From assembly GCA_025464915.1 (NCBI GenBank), contig JAODNF010000479.1, positions 1 through 39,069 of the forward strand: a DNA stretch of 39,069 bases. Direction: 5' to 3'. A program made the translations under genes and the position numbers. Below the pieces are notes generated by a model. The model made no database searches and was not told the origin of the DNA. It was given only the letters and a program-made list of their open reading frames with translations. The DNA is from Frankiales bacterium (GTDB lineage Bacteria; Actinomycetota; Actinomycetes; Mycobacteriales; SCTD01). This document shows, in pieces, positions 32,880 to 39,069 of this stretch (positions are counted from its first letter, which is position 1; every line of letters starts with the position of its first letter).

Positions 32880-33035
32880 ACGAGACCCGCGCCGGAGCAG
32901 AACGGGGCTCGCACGCGATCGCGTTGCTTGCCGAACCTGCTCGGCCGACGTGGTTCCAGGCCAGACGCCGGACGAAAACCAGTGCGAACTGCTTCCGAAG
33001 ATCGGGCCGACGCATGAGCAGGTGACGGGTCGTGG

Positions 33036-33617
33036 TCAGGCGTCGCGCCGGAGCTCCTGGCCGAGGAGGTCGACGACCCAGGTGACGGCCTCGCCGGCCT
33101 GCTTCGGGCTCATGCCCCAGGTGCCGACGAACCGCTCGTACGCCGCCTGCGTGGAGAGCACGTCCAGCACAGCGGCCGACCGGCGGGCCAGCGCCTCGTC
33201 GGACGTCTCGGCGGAGACCGCACGCAGGACGGCCTCGCGACGTCGGCGGTCGGCCTGCTGCGCGGCCGGGCCGCCGCTCGCGGGCGGGCGCACCCTGAAG
33301 CGGGGCAGCGCGCGGAAGAAGCGACGTGCCAGCAGCGCCACGTCGTCCAGCGTCATGTCGTCGTAGGAGATGCCGGCCGCAGCGATGAGCCGTCGCATGG
33401 CAGCGTCGTGCAGGTCCTCGGAGGTGGCGAAGTGCCGGTAGACGGTGCGCTCACCGACGGCCGCCCGCTCGGCAACCGCCCGGTAGGTCAGCCCGTGCCA
33501 GTCCCAGTCGTCCTGCTCGCGCGCGATCTCCACCGCCGCGTCCAGGATCCGCTCCCGCGTCTGCTCCTGCTGGCGGCGACGGGCGGGGCTGTCGTACCGC
33601 CTTGACGCTGTCGTCAT
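33036..33617 (-). CDS. TetR/AcrR-family transcriptional regulator (193 aa)
   Basis: 'TRERILDAAVEIAREQDDWDWHGLTYRAVAERAAVGERTVYRHFATSEDL' HTH. Divergent from the DUF35/thiolase-like operon. Confidence 0.88.
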   Translation of the reverse strand: MTTASRRYDSPARRRQQEQTRERILDAAVEIAREQDDWDWHGLTYRAVAERAAVGERTVYRHFATSEDLHDAAMRRLIAAAGISYDDMTLDDVALLARRFFRALPRFRVRPPASGGPAAQQADRRRREAVLRAVSAETSDEALARRSAAVLDVLSTQAAYERFVGTWGMSPKQAGEAVTWVVDLLGQELRRDA

Positions 33618-33676
33618 AGTGGTGACAGGCTACTGCCGCGAATTGCTCAGAGTCGAGCAGCGAGTCGAGGAGCCGT

Positions 33677-34627
33677 ATGACTGCACCAAGCGCGGGCACC
33701 GTCGAGATGACGATCCGGTTCCCGTACAAGCGATCCCTCGGGCCGGTGATCGGCGCCTTCATGACCGGCCTGGCCGGTCAGCAGATCCTCGGGATCCGCA
33801 ACGGGTCGGAAGTGATGTGCCCGCCGCTCGAGTGGGATCCGAAGACCGGCAAGGAGCTCGACCACGGCGCCCTGGTCGAGGTCGGCCCCGCGGGCACCGT
33901 GGTGTCATGGACCTGGGTGCCGAAGCCGTCGGCGCAGCACCCCCTCGACAAGCCGTTCGCCCTCGCCCTCATCAGGCTGGACGGGGCGGACACCGCGCTC
34001 ACGCACGCCGTCGACGCCGGCTCGATCGACGCCATGTCGACTGGCATGCGCGTCGCCCCGCGCTGGAAGGCAGAGCGCCAGGGCCACATCACCGACATCG
34101 AGGCCTTCGTGCCCGGTGAGGACCCGCAGGGGCTCGACGACTCTCGGCCCGAGGAACCCGTCACGATGATGCCGTACAACGCCGAGATCCCCTACACGCT
34201 GCCCATCGCGGTCAACACAGCACGGAACGCCGTGGCCCTCAAGGAGAAGCGGCTCATCGGCCTGCGCTGCCCCGTCTGCAGCCGCACCTACGCCGGCGAG
34301 CGCGGGTTCTGCCCGATCGACACGACGGCGCTGACCGCGGAGCACGAGGTCCAGCTGCCGCAGACCGGGACGCTGACGAACTACACCATCATCACGCCGG
34401 TCCAGTACCCGGGACAGACGGAGACCGAGCCGTTCGCCCGCTGCATGATCCTGGTCGACGACAGCGACCTGGTGATCGGCTACCAGCCCGTCATCGACCT
34501 CCCTGTCGAGCAGGTGCGGGTGGGTGTGCGCGTGAAGCTCGTCTGGGGCGACGGTGACATCGAGGGCTGGCAGCCCACCGGCGAACCGGACGTCGACGAC
34601 CCCGACCTCGTGAACAGGATCTACTGA
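33677..34627 (+). CDS. Tandem DUF35 OB-fold / Zn-ribbon protein (316 aa)
   Basis: Module 1: 'GIRNGSEVMCPPLEWDPKTG...GTVVSWTWV...FALALIRLDGADT' (degenerate ribbon). Module 2: 'GLRCPVCSRTYAGERGFCP...GTLTNYTIIT...CMILVDD...VRVKLVW'. GAGGAG SD 4 nt before the ATG. Confidence 0.8.
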   Translation: MTAPSAGTVEMTIRFPYKRSLGPVIGAFMTGLAGQQILGIRNGSEVMCPPLEWDPKTGKELDHGALVEVGPAGTVVSWTWVPKPSAQHPLDKPFALALIRLDGADTALTHAVDAGSIDAMSTGMRVAPRWKAERQGHITDIEAFVPGEDPQGLDDSRPEEPVTMMPYNAEIPYTLPIAVNTARNAVALKEKRLIGLRCPVCSRTYAGERGFCPIDTTALTAEHEVQLPQTGTLTNYTIITPVQYPGQTETEPFARCMILVDDSDLVIGYQPVIDLPVEQVRVGVRVKLVWGDGDIEGWQPTGEPDVDDPDLVNRIY

Positions 34628-34628
34628 C

Positions 34629-35693
34629 ATGGCGAGCGACGACATCGCGATCATCGGTTGGGCCGTCTCCCCGATGGAGCGGCGGACCGCCAAGTCCGAG
34701 CAGCAGATGCTGTTCGAGGTGGTGACCGATGCGGTCGACCACGCGGGTATCACCCGCGCCGACGTCGACTTCACGGTCGCTGGCAGCTGCGACTACGTGG
34801 CTGGTCAGGCTTTCTCGTTCGTGCAGAACATCGACGCCGTGGGTGCCTGGCCGCCGAAGCGCGACAGCCACGTCGAGATGGACGGTGCGTGGGCGCTCTA
34901 CGAGACGTGGGTCCGGCTGCTGTCGGGCGACATCGACATCGCGCTGGCGACCGGCTCCGGTCGCAGCAGCACCGCCGACCCGGCGCTGATCTACCCGATG
35001 GAGATGGACCCGTTCTACCTCGCCCCTCTCGGCGCGGACGCGATGAGCTTCTCGGCGCTCCAGGCGCGGGCGCTCCTCGACGCAGGCAAGGTCACGGAGC
35101 GCCAGATGGCCGAGATCGCCTTGCGCAGCAGGGCATCCGCCACGAGCAACCCGCACGCGCAGGTGTCCGGCGCGTTCGACGTCGACGCCGCTCTGCAGAC
35201 CGACTACGTGCGGGCGCCGCTGCGCAAGCACGACCTCCCGCCGATCACCGACGGCGCCGCGTGCGTCGTCATCGCGCGCGCCGACAAGGCCCGCGAGATC
35301 TGCGAGAACCCGGTCTGGATCAAGGGCTTCGCGCACTACAGCGAGCTGCACAACCCCGGCATGCGTGACCTGCTCACGTCGCCCTCCACGACGCTCGCGG
35401 CCAAGGCCGCCGGCATCGAGGAGGCCCCGGTCGACTTCGCCGAGGTGCAGGCCGCCTTCAGCCACGAGGAGGTGATCCTGCGCGAGGCCCTGGGTCTCGG
35501 GCAGGACACGCCGGTCAACCGCTCCGGCGGTCCCCTCGCCGCGAACCCCGTCATGGCGACCGGCCTGGTCCGGATCGCCGAGACCGCCCGTCAGATCCGC
35601 GAGGGGCAGGGCCGCCGCGGCGTCGCCCACTCGACCTCCGGTCCGTGCCTGCAGCAGAACCTGGTCTGCGTCCTCGAGGGAGATGCGCGATGA
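34629..35693 (+). CDS. Thiolase-fold protein (SCP-x / lipid-transfer-protein type, 354 aa)
   Basis: 'IAIIGWAVSPMERR', 'VNRSGGPLAANPVMATGLVRIAE', 'GVAHSTSGPCLQQNLVCVLE'. The ATG is 1 nt after the DUF35 stop. Confidence 0.8.
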   Translation: MASDDIAIIGWAVSPMERRTAKSEQQMLFEVVTDAVDHAGITRADVDFTVAGSCDYVAGQAFSFVQNIDAVGAWPPKRDSHVEMDGAWALYETWVRLLSGDIDIALATGSGRSSTADPALIYPMEMDPFYLAPLGADAMSFSALQARALLDAGKVTERQMAEIALRSRASATSNPHAQVSGAFDVDAALQTDYVRAPLRKHDLPPITDGAACVVIARADKAREICENPVWIKGFAHYSELHNPGMRDLLTSPSTTLAAKAAGIEEAPVDFAEVQAAFSHEEVILREALGLGQDTPVNRSGGPLAANPVMATGLVRIAETARQIREGQGRRGVAHSTSGPCLQQNLVCVLEGDAR

Positions 35694-36859
35694 GCCACCA
35701 GCCCTGCGCCGTCGTGGGCGTCGGTCAGACCCACCACAAGACCCGCCGCTGGGACGTGTCCCTCGGCGGCCTGGTGCGCGAGGCCGCGACCCGCGCCCTC
35801 GAGGACGCCCAGATGGACTGGTCGGACATCGACGCCGTCGTCCTCGGCAAGGCACCCGACCTGTTCGAGGGCGTCATGAAGCCCGAGCTCTACCTGACCG
35901 ACGCCCTGGGTGCGCACGGCAAGCCGATGTTCCGCGTCCACACCGCGGGCTCCGTCGGCGCGACCACCGGCATCGTCGCGGCGCACCACGTCGAGACCGG
36001 CCGGCACAAGCGCGTCCTCGCGGTCGCCTACCAGAAGCAGTCCGAGGGCAACGCGCAGTTCGCGCTCGGCTCCGGCCGCGGCGGCTCCCTCGGCGCGGGC
36101 GGTGCGTTCGCGCCCTACATGCGCTCCTACATCGCCCGCAGCGGCTCGCCCCTGGACATCGGCCCGATGGTCGCGGTGAAGGACCGGCTCAACGCGCTGA
36201 AGAACCCGTACGCCCACCTGAAGCTCACCGACATCTCCCTGGAGAAGGTCAAGGAGTCGCCGATGATGTGGGAGCCGGTGCGGTACCTCGAGTCCTGCCC
36301 GTCGTCCGACGGCGCGTGCGCGGTCGTGCTCACCGATGAGGAGGGCGGCAAGGCCGCCGCGGCAGCCGGCCGCGCTCCGGCGTGGATCCTCGGCACCGCG
36401 GTCCGGTCCGAGCCGTCGACGTTCCCCGGTCGCGACCCGGTGACGCCGCAGGGCGCCTTCGACTGCGCCGACGACCTGTACCGGCAGGCCGGCATCACGA
36501 ACCCGCGCGAGCAGCTCGACTGCGCCGAGCTCTACGTGCCGTTCAGCTGGTACGAGCCGATGTGGCTCGAGGCGCACCGGATCGCCGAGAAGGGCCGGGG
36601 CTGGAAGATGGTCGAGAGCGGCGAGACCGCCCTCGACGGGGACTTCCCGGTCAACATGTCCGGCGGCGTGCTCTCCTCGAACCCGATCGGTGCCTCCGGC
36701 CTGCTGCGTCTGGCCGAGGCCGCGCTCCAGGTCCGCGGCATGGCCGGCGAGCACCAGGTGGACGGTGCGAAGGTCGCCCTCGGACAGGCCTACGGCGCGG
36801 CAGCGCAGTACTTCTCGATGTGGGTCGTCGCGAGCAGCCTGGACCCCTTCGGCCGCTGA
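35690..36859 (+). CDS. Thiolase-fold protein (SCP-x / lipid-transfer-protein type, 389 aa)
   Basis: 'CAVVGVGQTHHKTRR', 'VLAVAYQKQSEGN', 'CPSSDGACAVVL', 'VNMSGGVLSSNPIGASGLLRLAE'. ATGA overlap with the upstream stop (35690-35693). Confidence 0.8.
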   Translation: MSHQPCAVVGVGQTHHKTRRWDVSLGGLVREAATRALEDAQMDWSDIDAVVLGKAPDLFEGVMKPELYLTDALGAHGKPMFRVHTAGSVGATTGIVAAHHVETGRHKRVLAVAYQKQSEGNAQFALGSGRGGSLGAGGAFAPYMRSYIARSGSPLDIGPMVAVKDRLNALKNPYAHLKLTDISLEKVKESPMMWEPVRYLESCPSSDGACAVVLTDEEGGKAAAAAGRAPAWILGTAVRSEPSTFPGRDPVTPQGAFDCADDLYRQAGITNPREQLDCAELYVPFSWYEPMWLEAHRIAEKGRGWKMVESGETALDGDFPVNMSGGVLSSNPIGASGLLRLAEAALQVRGMAGEHQVDGAKVALGQAYGAAAQYFSMWVVASSLDPFGR

Positions 36860-36887
36860 GGGGCGGCGGGCGGCCGCGCGACGTAGC

Positions 36888-37706
36888 GTGGCCGCCGTGG
36901 AGGAGACCTGGCTCGACGTCGGAGGTGCCGCGCTCGCAGCGCGGTCGTGGCCCGGCCCCGGGCGTCCGGTGCTGGCGGTGCACGGCCTGTCGTCGAACGC
37001 TCGGCTCTGGGACGAGACGGCCGCAGCGCTGGCCCGGCGGGGCCACCCCGTGGTGGCCGTCGACCTGCGCGGCCACGGCCGTTCCCACCAGGTCCCTGAC
37101 ACCGCGGTAGACCCGACCGTTCAAGCGGCCCAGGACCTCGCTGCCGTCTGCGCTGCTCTCGGCTGGGAGGCGCCCGTCGTCGCCGGCCAGTCCTGGGGCG
37201 GCAACGTCGTGCTCCAGCTCGCCGCCGACCGCCCTGAGCTCGTCCACGGACTGGTCCTCGTCGACGGTGGCTGGCTCGTCCTCGCGGACCGCTGGGCGAC
37301 TCTCGACGAGGCCTGGGAGGTGCTCGCCCCGCCGCAGTTCGACGGCCTGCGCGCCGACGACCTGCGGGCCCGGCTGAGGGAGGTCCACCCGTCGTGGTCC
37401 GAGGCGGCGCTCGCCGCGACGGCGAACAACCTCCAGGTCAGGGACGACGGCACCATCGCGCCCTGGCTCGACCGCGACCGGCACCGCACCATCGTCGGCA
37501 GCCTGCTCGCGCAGCGGCCCCGCGACCTGTACCCGCGGGTGACCTGCCCGGCGGTCCTCCTGGTCGCCGGGGCCGCCAACCCCGCCGCCGACGAGGCTGC
37601 CGCGGCGATGCCGAACGCCAGGGTCGTCCCGTTCGTCGGTGGCGACCACGACCTGCACGCCCAGCACCCGGACCGCGTCGCCGCGCTGGTCCACGACCTC
37701 GCATGA
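36888..37706 (+). CDS. Alpha/beta-fold hydrolase (about 272 aa)
   Basis: 'VLAVHGLSSNARLWD', 'VAVDLRGHGRS', nucleophile elbow 'VVAGQSWGGNVV', C-terminal 'GGDHDLHAQHP'. Start is GTG 36888 or GTG 36897. Confidence 0.8.
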   Translation: MAAVEETWLDVGGAALAARSWPGPGRPVLAVHGLSSNARLWDETAAALARRGHPVVAVDLRGHGRSHQVPDTAVDPTVQAAQDLAAVCAALGWEAPVVAGQSWGGNVVLQLAADRPELVHGLVLVDGGWLVLADRWATLDEAWEVLAPPQFDGLRADDLRARLREVHPSWSEAALAATANNLQVRDDGTIAPWLDRDRHRTIVGSLLAQRPRDLYPRVTCPAVLLVAGAANPAADEAAAAMPNARVVPFVGGDHDLHAQHPDRVAALVHDLA

Positions 37707-38941
37707 CCGGCCGACTAGTGGTCATGGGCTCCGGCGAGACGGCGCCGACGATGGTGGAGGTCCACCGCACGACGCTGGCCGCTGCCGGCGCCGGGACGTC
37801 GCTGCTCCTCGACACCCCCTACGGCTTCCAGGAGAACGCGGACGACATCACGCGCAAGGCGGTCGCCTACTTCGGCAGCAGCGTCGGCCGGAGCCTCACT
37901 CCGGTGGCCTGGCGGCAGCGGCTCGCCGGCGGTGACCTCGACCGCGCCCTCACGGCCGTGCGCGGTGCACGGTCGGTCTTCGCCGGCCCCGGCAGCCCGA
38001 CGTACGCGCTCCAGGTCTGGGAGGGCAGCGGTTTCGACGACGCCGTGCACGCGACGGCGCACGGCGGAGGGACGGTGACGTTCGCCTCGGCCGCTGCCCT
38101 GACCCTTGGCGTCGTCAGCGTGCCCGTCTACGAGATCTACAAGTGCGGACACGCGCCGGCCTGGGTGCCTGGGCTGAACCTGCTCGAGCGGCTGACCGGC
38201 CTGCGGGCGGCGGTCGTCCCGCACTACGACAACTCCGAGGGCGGCAGTCACTCGACCGCCTTCTGCTACCTGGGTGAGCGACGGCTGGCGTTGCTCGAGC
38301 AGTCGCTGCCGGAGGGCGCGCACGTCATCGGCGTGGACGAGCACACCGCTCTGGTTCTCGACCTGGCGACCCGCACCGCGACGGTTCTTGGGAACGGCGC
38401 CGTGACCGTGCGGCACGACGGAGCCTCGCGAGTGCTGGCGGCGGGTACGCAGGTGCCGTTCGAGGAGCTCGCGGCCCGGGAGGGAAGCACCCGCGCACAT
38501 GTCGATCTCGCGAGAAGTCCCGAGCCGGCGCCGGCCACCTCCTCGCTGAGGCAGGACGCGGACGACGCCCGGGCCGCGTTCGACCTGGCCCTCGCCGCCT
38601 CTGACGCGGACGCTGCTGCGGAGGCGGTCCTACGGCTCGAGCAGGCCATCACGGAGTGGAACGCCGACTCGCTGCAGTCCTCCGACGGCGACCACGCCCG
38701 GCGCACCCTCCGGGGCATGATGGTGGAGCTGGCGCTGGCCGCGCGGGAGGGCCTGGCCGATCCGGCTGAACGGATCGCCCCGTTGGTCGAAGCGCTGCTG
38801 TCCGTGCGCGTGAAAGCCCGGCAGGACAAGGACTTCGCGACCTCGGACCGCGTCCGCGACCAGCTGGCCGAGGCGGGCGTCGAGGTCCGGGACGCTGCCG
38901 AGGGCGTTCAGTGGGTGCTGGCCCCGCGAACACGCGGGTGA
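37703..38941 (+). CDS. Two-domain protein: N-terminal S51/cyanophycinase-like (class-I glutamine-amidotransferase-like) fold + C-terminal CysRS/MshC-type helical/anticodon-arm-like domain (412 aa)
   Basis: N-terminal 'LVVMGSGETAP...VFAGPGSPTYAL...TFASAAALTLG...VPHYDNSEGG'. C-terminal 'KARQDKDFATSDRVRDQLAEAGVEVRDAAEGVQWVL' matches the conserved extreme C-terminus of cysteinyl-tRNA synthetases. ATGA overlap with the hydrolase stop. Confidence 0.6.
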   Translation: MTGRLVVMGSGETAPTMVEVHRTTLAAAGAGTSLLLDTPYGFQENADDITRKAVAYFGSSVGRSLTPVAWRQRLAGGDLDRALTAVRGARSVFAGPGSPTYALQVWEGSGFDDAVHATAHGGGTVTFASAAALTLGVVSVPVYEIYKCGHAPAWVPGLNLLERLTGLRAAVVPHYDNSEGGSHSTAFCYLGERRLALLEQSLPEGAHVIGVDEHTALVLDLATRTATVLGNGAVTVRHDGASRVLAAGTQVPFEELAAREGSTRAHVDLARSPEPAPATSSLRQDADDARAAFDLALAASDADAAAEAVLRLEQAITEWNADSLQSSDGDHARRTLRGMMVELALAAREGLADPAERIAPLVEALLSVRVKARQDKDFATSDRVRDQLAEAGVEVRDAAEGVQWVLAPRTRG

Positions 38942-38948
38942 CCAGACA

Positions 38949-38978
38949 GGTCAGGGGCCGGATCCCCGGCCCCTGACC
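38949..38978. terminator. GC-rich perfect hairpin between convergent genes (bidirectional terminator candidate)
   Basis: GGTCAGGGGCCGG (38949-38961), loop atcc, CCGGCCCCTGACC (38966-38978). Lies 8 nt after the CDS stop and 10 nt after the tRNA 3' end. No strong U-tract, as is common in high-GC actinobacteria. Confidence 0.7.
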
Positions 38979-38987
38979 GTTCTGCGG

Positions 38988-39064
38988 TGGGGTGAGTGAC
39001 GGGGCTCGAACCCGCGACAACCGGGATCACAACCCGGTGCTCTACCAGCTGAGCTACACCCACC
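38988..39064 (-). tRNA. tRNA-His (anticodon GTG), with genome-encoded G-1 and 3' CCA
   Basis: Reverse complement folds by hand into a cloverleaf: G(-1), GTGGGTG, TA, GCTC-AGCTGGTA-GAGC, A, CCGGG-TTGTGAT-CCCGG, TTGTC, GCGGG-TTCGAGC-CCCGT, CACTCAC, C, CCA. The extra 5' G pairing with C73 is the His identity feature. Confidence 0.93.
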
Positions 39065-39069
39065 AAGAA

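Noticed and set aside
32569-33015. 148-aa minus-strand ORF (MRRPDLRKQF...) as a real gene.
   Set aside because: It overlaps the well-supported + strand gene 32459-32782 by more than 200 nt. It has only intermediate GC3 and no motif. At most it is a decayed remnant, and it is discussed as a low-interest finding.
36861-36897. Inverted repeat GGCGGCC-14 nt-GGCCGCC after the second thiolase-fold gene as a terminator.
   Set aside because: It overlaps the candidate start codons of the next gene, which is only about 30 nt downstream. It has a large loop and no U-tract, so operon read-through is more likely.
38988-39064. tRNA-His 3' end as an attachment site for an integrated genomic island extending into the window.
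   Set aside because: No integrase, excisionase or transposase is present. I could not find a direct repeat of the tRNA 3' segment elsewhere in the window; only a 10-nt chance match lies inside a CDS near 36680. Base composition is uniform throughout.

Overview
High-GC, Actinomycetota-like chromosomal segment that is almost fully coding. I call 31 CDSs, one complete tRNA-His at the right edge, and a few repeats and regulatory candidates. All product calls come from motifs I recognise in the translations; no searches were run.

Layout:
- 1-2381 (+): two PucR-type regulators.
- 2402-10430 (-): TetR regulator, lipoprotein substrate-binding protein (SBP), fused LivH/LivM permease, LivG-type and LivF-type ATPases. 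Two extra genes are overlap-coupled to these: a Thr/Gly-rich anchored exoprotein and a membrane protein with a C-terminal His/Cys3 knuckle. A stand-alone receiver protein follows.
- 10492-12234 (-): TetR plus a putative glycoside-hydrolase-like exoprotein.
- 12385-25385 (+): a 13-kb run of seven tightly coupled genes. It opens with a single 1304-aa polypeptide fusing two Liv-type permease domains and two ATPase domains. It continues into MoxR AAA+, DUF58, a transglutaminase-like membrane protein whose catalytic triad looks substituted, a lipoprotein, a Cys-rich binding-protein-like exoprotein and a beta-lactamase-fold hydrolase.
- 25522-29826 (+): an S8 peptidase ending in nine SSAWN pentapeptide repeats. 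Three nt later a membrane PAS-GGDEF-EAL protein starts.
- 29915-32782 (+): lipoprotein, PHB-depolymerase-type esterase and a small unknown protein.
- 33036-38941: TetR, tandem-DUF35 protein, two thiolase-fold proteins that appear to lack thiolase catalytic residues, an alpha/beta hydrolase, and an S51/GATase1-like protein with a CysRS-type C-terminal domain.

Best candidate for an undescribed system: the ABC-MoxR-DUF58-pseudo-transglutaminase-exoprotein operon. No CRISPR array, integrase or transposase was seen.
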